Origin: Heteronotia binoei
Lineage: Eukaryota
Length of the DNA stretch: 64,000 bases
Direction of reading: 5' to 3'
NCBI RefSeq assembly: GCF_032191835.1
Contig: NC_083231.1
Location: forward strand, 126,232,001 to 126,296,000
The translations under genes were made by a program, and so were the position numbers. Shown one piece after another: positions 33,454 through 54,752 of the stretch. The notes below the pieces were generated by a model, which had not been told where the DNA came from, did no database searches, and saw only the letters and a program-made list of their open reading frames with translations. Numbering within the stretch: position 1 is the stretch's first letter; each line of letters starts with the position of its first letter.

Positions 33454-36400
33454 TCAGGGCTCCGTGGTTCTGCACATGCAGGCCAGGCCAGGCACTTTCC
33501 AGCGGTGGCGGCCCCCGTGCAGCCGCAGTGCCAGCCACTCCTGCTGGGGGGCGCTGAGGTAGGTCTCTGGGCTGCTGCCGCCTCCTTGCCCGCGGCTGAG
33601 CAGGTCCCCCGCCTGGCTCCCCCCGGCAGCTCCGGCAGGCTGTCCTTCCAGGCTCTCCAGGCTGTTGAGGCTGCCTGGGCCGCTGCCCAGCGTGTGAATG
33701 CCGTTGTAGGAGCCTGTGGGGCAAGAGGGAAGTCACCAGCCCCGCCTCCACCCAGCGCCACTGGCTGGTGCTTAGCAGGAGTGGGGGAGACACTGCAGCC
33801 CTCCTCTCCTCTCGCTGGGGAGGGTCTTTCACCCCCTCCGGGCCTCGGTTCCACTGGTGTCTTCTTCCTGCAGGGGGAGCTCAAGAGCAAAACCTTCCCC
33901 ATTCTGCAAGGGGCCATAACTATGCCTGGCCCAGAAGATGGGTCCCTCCCTCTCCCTGGGGCCGGCTTCAGAGGACTCACAGCACTGGCAGAGAGCTTCC
34001 CGGGGGTGGCACAGTAGGGAGGTCTTGCTGGGCTGCTGGAGGAGGCAGGCGATGGCGTTGTCCGCCTGCTGGAAGATGCGGAGGGAGAGCACCCGCTGCC
34101 TGCCCTCTGCAGAGAGGCCGGCCTCCTCGCACTGCAGCAACTCCTTGACCAGCTCAAAGTCCCGCTTCAGCTGAAGGGCACCCTGCAGGCTGGGGGGGGG
34201 GGGGCGAGGGCCGGTCTGCAGTCAGCACCATCCGGGCTGGACAGCCTCCTCTCTCTCCCCCGCCCCCCAGCTGGCTGCCTTACCTGAACCTGATCTTCTG
34301 GGCCAGAATGTGCTCCATCCAGGCTTCCAAGAAGGCGGTGGTGACCAGGCCGAGCACCGGCTCCTGTGCCTCGTGGGGCAGCAGCTGGATGCCTTGTAGG
34401 ACCTGGCCCAAGACTGCCTGGGCGGCAGCAGAGGCATACTCGCTGGGGGAGGAAGGCACATCTGCAGGGGCAAGCAGCCAACCGGCACTCAGGGCTCTGC
34501 GGAGTGGGGCCCGCCCAGGCCTCCCTCCCTGCTGGCCCCTGCAAGAATACCTGCTTGGAGGGCGAGGCGCCAGTGCTTGCCCAGTGGCATGGTCTGCCCC
34601 AAGATCTCCGCTGCCATGCGCTTACACTCTGAGGAGAAGAGCCTCAGGGCATCCTTTGCAAAATGCTGGGGGACAGAGAGGGGCATGAGGCTGGCACTTG
34701 GGGGCCACCATCCCCCCCCCTGAAAGGAGAAGCTGCCCCCCTCCCACGATCCAGCAGGTGCCTCTCCTGCTCTCCACTCCAGCTCAAGGGACAGAATGGA
34801 AGAAGCCTGGCCAAGGAAGGGCAGAGCCCAGCCCAGAGCCCCAGCGGAGGCGGTGAGGGAACAAAGGTGCCCGTGGCCAGAACCCAGGGATCCCCTCCAA
34901 GGGCCACGTGCTCACCTGCAGGCTGGTGTCCATGACACTGACTTGCTGGCTCAGCTCCTGCTCCTGCTGAGAGACCAAGGGGCTGGGCTTCTTCCCCCTG
35001 CCGGGCGGGACCGGACTGCTCAGCGCCGCCACCCTGCTCACCTCTCCCTGCAGCAGCTGAAACGAGGAGGAGCAGCGGGGTCTTTCTTCTGGGGAGGCTG
35101 CGGCAAGGGCCCTGTGGTGGGGCTGCCCTCTCCCTCGCATCTGGAGGCCGCAGGCTCCCTCCTTCCCCCCACCTGCTCCGGGGCTCTACTTGCCTGCAAG
35201 TCTCCGTGGGTGACCAGCAGGAACTGGCTGAGGGAGCCGGAGGCCAAGTGCTGTGAGGCTTTGCTCAGGACCCAGTAGCAGGAAGTCTGGCTGGCGGCCA
35301 CCGAGAGGGACAGCAGAGCCGAGCGGCAGCCCGCAGGCCCCAGGAAGCGGTCAGCTGCAGGGGAGGAGGGCCGGTCAGCAGCAGAGGGCCACACGGGGCC
35401 AGGGAGGCAGCGGCCGAGGGACACTCACCGGGGCTCCCAGGGAACCAGGTGTTCAGGCACCGCAGGGAGGAGGCTAAGGGCGGGAAGAGGCTTTGGAGGA
35501 GCTGAGCCGTGTGGCTGCTTGCCACAGCCGTGGTCTGAGACGGCGTGGCCACGCACTTATCGGTGAGGCTGGAGCCCAACACGTGGCAGAAATCTGGTCG
35601 GGAAAAGAAGGCCGTCTGGTGAGCGCCCCCCCCCCAGCACAGGTCCCTTTCCCAGGAGGCACACCAGGCCCATGGCTGCCCCCTCCCCCCACATCAGAGC
35701 ACTGGCCTCTCCCAGATCACCAGGCTCCCCAGCACTCCAGCTGACCTCGGTCCCAGCGCTGGAGGACCCCGCGCACCAGCAGGTGTAGCAAGGAGCCCCT
35801 CAGCTCCTCGGTGCTCTCTTGGGGAAGGCAGGCTGCAAGCAGAGAGAGGGAGAGAGAGGCCAGGATCAGCCAGGCTCACCAGCAGTGAGGATGAGCAAGG
35901 GCCTGGCTTTCCGGGGCAGCGGAGGGGGGGGTGTCCTGGTCTTGGCCGCTGCTTTGGAGCCCCTCTCCTTCCCATGGAGCAGACTCTCCTCCTGCAGGAG
36001 GCCCCCAGAAGCAGCCCCTCAAGGCCCCACAATGCAGGGCCTCTCTCTGGCCCCTGTCGGGGCTGCCTGAAAGGCCTGGCCTCCTGAAGCCCCCGATCGA
36101 TGGGGGCGCTGTCCTGCTCCAGCTGTGCTCCAAACTCCTTGCCACGAGCCAGGCGAGCACCGACCCCCCGCCCTGCGCAAGCCTGGGACCTGCTGCCTGC
36201 CCCCCTGCACCCACCAAGTTGCTGGCCCATCAGGGCTGCTGTCCTTGCTTGGGACTGAGTGGGGGGCGAACGGAGCTCCAGCTGGTGAGCCAGGGCAGTG
36301 GCCGTGGTGCTCCAGAAGAGGGGCCGGTATTGTGCCCAAAGCGCCCCGGCAGCTTCCGAGTAGGAGGCGTCCAGCCAGCGCACGGCCTTCCAAGCGGGCA

Positions 36401-37841
36401 GGGGAGTGGCGTCAGAGGCCTCCGGACCCTCGGGGGGCCGCTCTTGCTTGGGCCGACTGAGGAGGTGATGCCAGAGGCTGCGCGTGGAGGCCACCAGCTC
36501 TCCCAGGATCCGTAGCAGGTGCTCCTCCTCCGCCTGGCCCAGGGCCTGCAGCTCCGCACAGAGGCTGGGGCCGCCCTCGCCCGCCTGCAGGGACGCCTCC
36601 GGAAGCCAGGCCTCAGGGCTGCCCTCCGCTCCGCTGGCCTCTGCCTGCAGCCCCAGGAGGAGCTGGCTGAGCTTGCAGGCTGCCCGCTGGCCTCTCTCGG
36701 CTGCCAAAAGGCCCAGCACCCTCTCCACGGGAAAGGCAGCGGGGGGGCCCAGCTCTCCCTGCAGATCGGAGCTGGAGCCTGGCTCCGTCCACAGCGCCAC
36801 CGAGCAGTGCTGCCAGGGCTGCTCCCTCACCACCTGGTTGTAAATGTCCAGCCCCTGGAAGAAATCGGAGAGGGCAGCTGGGGGCAGCCCGGGCGGGTGG
36901 GCCAGCTGGCGCAGCAGGGCCTCCAGGCAGTGTTCCAGGAGACAGAGGCCCTGCAGGGCCAGCAAGGAGAAGGCCTGCTTCATGCGCAGCACCGGCTCCT
37001 GCCTCTGGAGCAGCAGGGGCCGCAGCCAGGGGTCACTGCGCATGTGCCGCTGCAGCGCTTCCCAGTGGGCGGTGTGGGTGCGCAGCTCTTCGCACAGCCC
37101 CCGCAGCTGGCGCCCCCACCGGGCCTCCTGCCTCTTGCTGGCCAGCAGCAGGGAACCCTCCGCAGTCCTCAGGCGCTGGACAAAGTCGGAGGCAGCCTTG
37201 AGGCGCTGGCTGTAGTGGCGGGCCAGGTGCAAGTGGTGGCGCTGCTGCAGCAGGGCGTGCAGGGTGGCACAGTGACGGGCCGTGCTGCTCCACGTGGCGT
37301 GGTACGAGAAGGCAGCCTGGGCTGGCTCTGGCCGCACGTGGCCCTGGAAAGTCTCGGTGTGGGGGTCCTCCCGCACAGACAGGCCCCGGCTCAGCCTCAA
37401 GAAGCCGCATTCCACCTGGGCCAGGCCTCCCACCGGCCAGGCCGCCTCCTCTTCCTCCTCCCTGCCTTCAAGGCCTTCTTCGCTGGGTTGCAGGAGCAGC
37501 AGGCGCCTCAAGCTGGGCTGGATGCAGCGGCGTAGCAGGGCTTCTGCAGCCTGCAAGGATTTGGCTAAAGCCCTACGGGAACTGGAGTCTGCAGGGAGAC
37601 GGAAAGGGGCTGTGACTCTGCTGCACCTGTGGAACAGGGCAAGCCCCTCTCTCCCCACAGCTCCTCCTTTGGCAAAGTCCCCTGGCAACCTCCACCCCCC
37701 CCCCCATGCAAGGTGTCCCTTACCTGCCTCTGCTTCCTCTCCCTGCTCCTCTTCTCTGCCAGCCGGAGCCACCTTCCTGGGCCCAACCAGGGTGCTGAGG
37801 GGGGGCACAGCGGTGCCCGAGGCCTGTGGCTTGCGTGACAT
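33454..37841 (-). CDS. CCDC142: Coiled-coil domain-containing protein 142, 10 coding exons, ~935 aa
   Basis: Exons 37841-37724, 37588-36215, 35832-35746, 35593-35429, 35354-35194 (GC donor), 35056-34916, 34665-34551, 34461-34284, 34189-33981, 33713-33454; phase-consistent. Matches human motifs PSEYA, HILAQKIRFSLQGALQLKRDF, SLNSLESLE, QQEWLALR. AATAAA (minus) near 33062. The start codon is inferred. Confidence 0.9.
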
Positions 37842-38675
37842 GAACAGGAGGACGACGGCATTCAAGCCCACGGCCTGCATGAGACACGAGAGTCAGCCCT
37901 GCACCTGCCCCGTCCGTCTTTGCCCCCAGGAGTGCAGCCCAGGGGGAGAGCCGGAGGTGCTGGAAAAGGCAAGCTGCTCACTTTGCAGTCAGTACAGAGT
38001 TAACTCAGCCCTGCCACTCCATTCAACCCCTCCCCTTCCACCTGTATGGCCCCTCCTTTGGAGGGCCTCCCATCCGCCCCCGTGGCTCACCTCCACCCCA
38101 CTCTGAACAAGTGCAGCATTGCTACTAGAGGGCCTTCAGATCAGCTACTCACAGCCAGATCCCCCTGGAAGGTTTAGTGAGTTAGACAAATGGGGGGAGC
38201 GGGTTGTTGCTTTTCTTGAGAAGCAGAAAAAGCGTTTAGAGCCAAACTGGGTAGCCCCCTGCCTGCCCCCCAAACAAAAAATGCTGCTGTGAAATCCTGG
38301 CTATGGCCCTGGGCTAACTGATGCTGTTAGTGGTTAATAAACAGGACATGGCGTTTTGTATCTCCTATGCAGATAAAAGTAGGCTGCAGCCTGCCTGGGA
38401 AGACTGAAGAGGAGGTATCTTGATCCATAACCTTCCTCTTGGTCAGTTTGCATCTTTTTTGTTCGCATCCTCTGCTGACCTCATTGCTGGTGGTGAGCCG
38501 GAAGGAGGAGGAAGGGCGGCCATCCCAGCTCAGCCATGGAAGAGTCAGGCCCTAGCTAGCAGCCGGAAGGCAGACTTTGCTTGCTTCTATCCCAGGCACC
38601 CTTCCTGGGTGTTTTTCAGCACACGGCATTTTCCCTTGTCAACTGAGAATGCTTAAGAAATTGGGGATGCTTATT

Positions 38676-39420
38676 AAATAAAGGAATGCTTATTAAATTT
38701 GCAGATGATACTAAATTGGGAGGGGATGCAAATACAATAGAAGACAGAAACAGGATACAGTAGTATGTGCAAAAAGGATCTCAGGGTCTTAGTGGACCAT
38801 ATGCTGAACAAGAGTCAAAAGAGTGATGTGGTGGCTAAAAAGGCAAATCACCTCTCAGCTGCCTCCTCTCCAGGATAAGCACCCCCAGCTCCTTCAACCT
38901 TTCCTCCTAGGACTTGGTCTCCAGACCCCTCACCATCTTCATCGCCCTCCTCTGGACCCGTTCCAGCTTGTTTATATCCTTCTTAAAATGTGGTGCCCAA
39001 AACTGAACAGGAGACTCCAGGTGAGGTTTTACCAGAGCAGAAAAAAAGTGATACCATCACATCATGTGATCTGGACACGATACTTCTTTTGATACAGCCC
39101 AGAATTGCATTTGTCTTTTTTAGCCACCGCATCACACTGTTGACTCATGTTTAGCATATGGTCCACTAAGACCCCTAGATCCTTTTCACACACAGTACTG
39201 CCAAGACAAGTCTCCCCCATCCTATAACCCTGCATTGGATTTTCCTTACCTAAATGCAGAACTTTACATTTATCCCTGTTACAATTCATTTTATTGGTTT
39301 TAGCCCAGTTTCCCAGCCTGTCAAGATCATCCTGCTGTATTTGCAACCCCTCCCAATTCCGTATGGTGGGCAAATTTAATAAGCATTCCCTCTGCTCCTT
39401 CCTCCAAATCATTTATAAGG
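38676..39420. mobile_element. Two CR1 RT fragments in inverted orientation (+ 38676-38850; - 38848-39420)
   Basis: Both span the regions encoding [12 protein letters not shown] and DLGVLVDHMLN..AKKA. Confidence 0.8.
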
Positions 39421-39471
39421 CCTGAACCAAAGAGGCCCCAGGAGAGCTCCGCCTGTCACTCCTCCGCTCAC

Positions 39472-40320
39472 TCATTGAGCCGCCTCACTCCAGGGGGGCT
39501 GCAAGAACGGCAGTCGCTGACGCTGTCCCGGGGGTGGCGCAGGAGCCCGCCCCCCCCCAGCTGCCCCCCGCCCGCCCGAGCAGACCTCTGGCCCCGCTTG
39601 CCATCCTCCAGGGGGGGCCTGGAGATCTCCCGCCCCGCCCCCTGCTCTCCAGGCCAGAGTTGGCAGCCCTTCTCGGCGGGGAAGGGGAGCGTCCACCAAG
39701 ACCCCCGCATCCTTTTCACGCATACCTTCGGCCCCTTCCTCACTTCCTGGGGCGGCTGCTGGGCGCTGCGAGGCAACGGGGCGGGAGGCCGGCCCTCGAG
39801 CGCGCCGCCAATCGGAAGCCGGGCAGGAGTCACGTGCGGGGGCAAGGGTCATGTGACGGGGGGCGGGCGCTGCGGCGGCCGGAGAGGGGAGGGGCCGCTG
39901 CTGAGCCACGCCCCCTGCTCCGCCCCGCCCCCCGGCTGCTGGGCCACGCCCCCTGCTCCGCCCCGCCCCCCCGGCTGCTGGGCCACGCCCCCTGCTCCGC
40001 CCCGCCCCCCGGCTGCTGGGCCCTGGCTCAGCCCCTCGAGCGCCCTCTTCCTCGGCGGCGCCACCGCCCGCTCCCGGCTGCTCGCGGGCAGGAGAGAAGG
40101 CTCAGCGGGCCCCCCAGACCTGGCCTGCCAAAGCCCCGCCGCAGCTGTTGCGGCTGAGTTGGCTGCTCCTCGGAGGGGGGAGCCTTTGCTGCCAGGCCCA
40201 GCCTCTCTCCTCCTCCGCATAAAGGGACCGCAGGGCAGCCTCTTCCCGGTCAGACAGCAAGCGGCAAGAGCTGCGGCTGCTTCCGATTGGCTCGCCCGCC
40301 TCGGGTGCTGCTCCTCCTTC
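39472..40320 (-). promoter_or_regulatory. CpG island: probable CCDC142 promoter and non-coding exon 1
   Basis: GTGAGC donor at 39471 pairs with the acceptor ctgactctcgtgtctcatgcag ending at 37875. CCAAT 39808, ETS CGGAAG 39813, E-boxes GTCACGTG 39829 and GTCATGTGAC 39848. Confidence 0.7.
39905..40019 (+). repeat. Three tandem 38-39-bp GC-box repeats
   Basis: Unit gccacgccccctgctccgccccgccccccggctgctgg starts at 39905, 39943 and 39982. Confidence 0.92.
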
Positions 40321-40384
40321 ATGGAAAAAGAGGTGCTGGAGCTCATCAGCACAACTCATTTGCATATGCCACCCCCCCCCCCCC

Positions 40385-40648
40385 ATCAGCCGTCTCCGAC
40401 TCTGGGGTGACATTGCTTTCACAACGTTTTCACCGCAGACTTTTTACGGGGTGGTTTGCCATTGCCTTCCCCACTCATCTGCGCTTTCCCCCCAGCAAGC
40501 TGGGGACTCATTTTACCGACTTCGGAAGGATGGAAGGCTGAGTCAACCTGGAGCCGGCTACCTAAACCAGCTTCCGTCGGGCTCAAACTCAGGTTCTGAG
40601 CAGAGAGCTCCGAGTGCAGTACTGCAGCTTTACCATTCTGCGCCACGA
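40385..40648. mobile_element. Sauria SINE
   Basis: Homologous to 32222-32482. Confidence 0.8.
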
Positions 40649-42013
40649 GGCATCAGCTCAGCATCTACCTTCAAATGCTTTTTGAATTGTCACTGTCATA
40701 ATAAAACCTGACTCCCATCATACTTTCCAAATTACTTTCTTCTATGTGGCCACAGTGGCATGAGGAAGATTTCCATCTATCGGCTTTATATGTTTTGGTT
40801 ATTTTCCCATTGTTGTGGGGGGGGGGGGGTATTAGAAAGTTTGTCCAATCTAGAGTTCAGCAAAATTCTCCCAGGGGGGTTGAACAATGGAGCCCAGAAG
40901 CAAGTATGGGGGGGGGGCGAGTAAGAGAGAAAGAGCACAATCAAATGTAGAGGTTCCAAAGCTTTGCTGCTGGGAGCTCCTGCCAACAACGAGGCCTGCT
41001 CCTGCCCCAGGCCTTACCTCTAGGGAGGGCTTCTTGGGCCTCCTCCTGGGCATTGCATCCTTCTCCACAGGGGCCAAGATGGCTTGCAGCCAGTCGCAGC
41101 AGGGACAGGGCAGTCAGCTGACAGCTACCTTAATCTGGACTGGGCTGCAGCCTGCTCATTGGCTTAGGGCTTCAGGCCACTCCTGGGGGAATCCCCCTCA
41201 GGCCCTCCCCTTTCCCAGGACAGGCACATCAGCTCTCTCTAGACTCCGAGCAGAGGAGCCCCCCCCCCCCGCACTGAAAGCCCGGATTTCTCCCCCACAG
41301 GTGCTCCAGAGCTGGGAAGGGCTGCAGCCATCAGGGCAGCAATGGGAGGCCACAGGAGAGCCGTGGCAAAAGGCACTGCTCTCCTCCTGCCAGGAAGGCA
41401 CGGGGTCGGGGGTGGGGGAGCATCCCTGTGGAAGCCAGAGAAGGAAGGCTGAATCTCACCCAGGGGGAAGAAGGTGGGACTAAGGCAAAGCTCTCTCAGT
41501 CTGTCAAGAGAAGATTCTCCCCCCAGAGATCCCACCCAGCCCCCACCCCACCCACTCTTTCTCGGCTTCTTGGGAGTCGGGTCTTGTCTTTTTTCTGCCA
41601 AGAGAACAGAAGGTTCAACAGGGCATGCTGGTGCCACCAGGCTTAGGTCTGGGCAGTTTTCTATGCTGCTTGATTCTTTTGCACAGCTAGATGCTCTTTT
41701 ATACCCTGCTGTCGTTTGAGGAACTCAGGAGCCGCCTGCAGCCTCATGATTGTTGCGTCAATGATGCTGAGATGTTATTGTTCTAGATGGCGAGACAAGG
41801 GGTGCCCAACTCATTTGTTACGAGGGCCAGAGCTGACATAAATGGGACCTGGCTGAGTGGGGGCAGGACGGGTAATGTGTGTACCTATTTAAGATAGCAG
41901 AGATATAACCTTTAGGTAGCAGATATAGAAACTTTATAAACTACACAGAGAAACAAAAAGTTTTTTAAAAAATTAAAATAAAACATGCTTAAAACATCAG
42001 TAGTCATTGGTCG

Positions 42014-42560
42014 TAGAATCATAGAGCTGGAAGGGACCTCTAGGGTCATCTAGTCCAACCCCCTGCACAACGCAGGAAACTCACAAATACCTCCCTCTAA
42101 ATTCACAGGATCTTCATTGCTGGCAGATGGCCATCTAGCCTCTGCTTAAAAACCGCCAAAGAAGAGCCCACCACCTCCCAAGGAAGCCTGTTCCATTGAG
42201 GAATTGCTCTAACAGTCAGGAAGTTCTTCCTAATGTTGAGCCGGAAACTCTTCTGATTTAATTTCAATCCACTGGTTCTGGTCCTACCTTCTGGGGCCAT
42301 AGAAAACAATTCCACATCATCCTCTATATGACAGCCCTTCAAGGACTTGAAGATGGTGATCCTCTCGCCTCAGCCGCCTCCTCTCCAGGCTAAGCATGCC
42401 CAGCTCCTTCAACCTTTCCTCATAGGACTTGGTCTCCAGACCCCTCACCATCTTCGTCGCCCTCCTCTGGACCCGTTCCAGCTTGTCTATATCCTTCTTA
42501 AAATGTGGTGCCCAAAACTGAATACAAGACTCCAGGTGAGGTCTTATCAGAGCAGAGTAA
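42014..42560 (-). mobile_element. CR1 LINE 3' fragment
   Basis: Encodes [53 protein letters not shown]. Confidence 0.92.
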
Positions 42561-42985
42561 ACATGTGCAGAGTCTTAAATGTACTCTCTTTGTATCTCTT
42601 CCATGGGATCTAGGGAAGTGGGCAAAGGAAGCTCTGGCTCTTTCCCTCCCTCCCCAGAGTGCCAAGAGGGGCACTTTGCAGCCAACAGCTCCATCCTCCC
42701 CCCAATTCCCAGCCCATTCCGTGCAGCTTCTTCCACAGCCCTCCTCTCCACCGGCTGCTTTTGCTGCTGCAGGGAGCGAAAGCAGCGCCGGTGGAAGTGT
42801 GGCTGCAGGCAGAGCAAGGAGGCTGCGGCCACGTCTTCCTCCCAGAGACGCTGAGAGCGGCGCGCAGAGCTCCCCCTTGCCCATTTCAGCTCTGCAAGGC
42901 TGGCTGGCTGGGAGCGGGCGGGGGGCGGGGCCTTGGGAGCGGCGCTCCTCCCCCGCCGCGTCACCAGCGAGGCCCCGCCCCCAGG

Positions 42986-51922
<8,937 letters not shown>

Positions 51923-54752
51923 GCTGAGCTCCCCCGGGGGCAAAATGCTGGACTCTGGGGCAGAGCCTCCTGGGGCGACCTGCCTCCTGACTCCCCGGCT
52001 GCTATGAAGATGGCATATATTGCGGGGGGGGGGGGGGGCGTTCTGGCCCAAGCCTTTGCCTCCAGGCCTGCCCTTGGTCTTCGCCCCCCAGAGAGGAGCA
52101 GCAGGTGTCTCTGTGCAGCTGCCCCCTCCTCTGCTCGCAGCCCCACCCCCATGGAAGGGCACACCTGCCGCATTTTGCAAGGGGGCCAGCAGCCCCTCCT
52201 GCTGCTGAAGGCCGAGTGTGTTGCCCTCCTGCAGGCCGGACAACTGGGGGGGGGGGGGGAGACTGAGGTCCCAGTTGCCTGCTCTGCTTGGGATGCAGGG
52301 AGATTGAAGCAGGTTGTGCACGTGGGGGGGAGGTGGCAGCTTTAACCTGACCCCCCATGGAAGGACGGGTGGACGGCCCTCGGCTGCAGGGTGGAGTTAG
52401 GGGCAGAGCTGTCTTTCCTGCTCTGCCCATTCAGGGGTTGTTGCCTCTTGCGTCGTTTTACACTGTTTGCAATAAAGTCATGAGAAACCAGCACTGGCTC
52501 TGATTCATGCCCTCCTCTCCTCCCCCCCACACACCCCACACCCTGCCTTGATAGGCCTCCTACAGCTGGCTCGGGATCATGCACAAGCAGTCCGTCTAGA
52601 GCAACGGGGCCTCCTCATGCTTGCCTGCCTGCCTGCCTGCCTGCCTACCTCTGGGCCTTCTGTGGAAGCAGGGAGAGAGAGATGGGGCCCAGGCAGCCTT
52701 ACGTGTCTCCTGCCTGCCTCCTTGCTCCTCTTTCACAGCCCCCAGCCCTCTTCATGGCTGGAGGGAAGCTGTGTCCCCTTCCTGTCTGCAGTAGCAGCTG
52801 CCTCCATTGCAGCAGGGCGGCTGGGTTCGGTCAGACATTTGGTCATTCCCACACCCCTGCCAGGGGCCATGTTGTTGTGGCGCTCACTGCTGGGTCTCCA
52901 AACTCTCAAAATGCCAGCTGATTCAACAGGGTTGAATCAAATCAAATCAAATCAAAAGGAAGCCTTGGAATGGTTGGAGGAGGGGCGCTTCTGCTTTCAA
53001 GGGCTGCCCCACCTGGGAGCTCCGCTGCCGCCTCTTGGGTGGGCCCAGCCAAGCAGCATCCAGCCTGTTCAGAGACGCCCGCAGGGCTGCTTCGGCTCTT
53101 CAAGGAAGGCCCCCCTTCCACGCCAGCCGGTCCATTGAATTGGCTGCCCTCTCCATGGCCTTTTCTGAAGGGAGCTTCGTGCTCATCTTCGCCCTTGTCC
53201 AGTGAGGGACTCGGAGGTGTGGCTGCTGCCATTTGGGTTAGAGGATAGGCAGGGCTGGGGGGTGTTGAGGGTGTTGTCCCACAGGCCTCCAGGGGGTGCC
53301 TTTCAGCCGCTTGGTGCAGGTTTAAGCAGCCTGGGAGAGCCGAAGTCATTCCCTTTAGGGCAGCAAGTGTGACCAAGAGCAGCGGTTCCCCCCGCCCCCC
53401 CACCCAGGATGGGGATCCTCTTCTGTCTGCAGCTGGGGAAGGGGGTCTTGCAGCCAGCAAGGGAAGGGACTTTCTGGAATTCCTTTCTGTGCTCCTGGCT
53501 GGGGAAACCAGAGGTGTCTGGGTGGTTGTAAGGGAAAGAAGGATGGATAGTAGTTGTCTTGCTTTTGCATCTTTATATGATTTAATTGTCCTATCCCAGC
53601 TAGTGCCAGGCTCGGCAATGGACATCATTTCATAGAAAACAACATACAAGTTTGAATCAATAAAACAACTTAGATTAAAACCATTTACAGCTCTCCAGAG
53701 ACACTGCGAATGGTCATTTAATTCTAAAGGTTGCTGGAATTTGCATCATTCCCCACCTGTTCTGTGAAAAGCCTTCAGGTTTTGCAAACTGTCGTGCATC
53801 AGGTATATGTTGTTTGGCAACATTTGTGTTTATAAGTCTCCTTGTAGTCCCAACACATTCCTTTGAGAGCCCTGTTTGGTCTTCACCACCATAGCTGCCT
53901 CAAAAATTAAATGCTTCACTGAAGTAGCTCCTAATTTCCGTTTGATTGAGTTAGTTTTATTTGTATGCCTGGTGCCCCTTCCTCTCAGAGACTCAAGGCG
54001 GGTGACGCACAACGTCAGTCACATACAGTTGACAAGACGGGACATCAAATAAGCAAGGCAACTGGGTGTGGACTGCAGAAATTTTAAAACAAGCAGCTGT
54101 ACAGAGCTTGAAACAAAAGAGCATTTAGATGTAACCTGTGAAATGGCCCAAGATGATCTTGCAGGGTCCTCCGTGCACAGCAGCCAGTGGGTGGGTTCAG
54201 TGTCCTCTGGTGGCGACTGACTTCCAGCAACCCTCTGGATTCATGTCCTCCAGCAGGCCCTTTCCTCCACAGCCCGGCTCAGGGCTTGCAAACTTCCTTG
54301 ACGGAGCCCATCCACCGTCCTCTTTTCCTGCTGTGGGCGGCCATCTCCATCCCTGTAGCAGAGCATCCTTGGGAACCGTTTCCTCACAGCCCCGGTAGCC
54401 CAGTGTTGTTGGATCTCGGACGCAAAGCAGGGTCAGCCCTGGTTAGGGAGAGCCCCGCAGGAGTCAGTCCCAGGTGGCTGTGCAGAGGCAAGCAATGGCA
54501 AACCTCCTCTGTCTGTCTCTGGCTATGACAACCCCCCCCCCCCCGTGAGGGAGCACCAGCAGCTGGCTAGGGTGGTGCTTCACACACACACGCTCGACTA
54601 CCTAAGCTCAAAAGCCCTCCTGTCCAGGCCAGGACAGGTTGAGGGTCCTTCCCATCTTTGTATGTCGGTAAGGTAATGGCCTCTGCCCGTGTCTGGGTGG
54701 GGAATCCCTGAGATTAAATGGATCACTTGCCTCAGATGCCTTCGGAGCCTCT

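Noticed and set aside
35833-35879. GTGAGC donor at 35879 as the end of the large CCDC142 exon
   Set aside because: It would leave a 47-nt intron, too short for vertebrates; the GTGGGT donor at 36214 gives the right phase.
35694-37880. 728-aa ORF as a single-exon CCDC142
   Set aside because: It reads through a 135-nt intron and into the intron after 36215; its first ATG overlaps a splice acceptor; the homologous C-terminal exons lie downstream.
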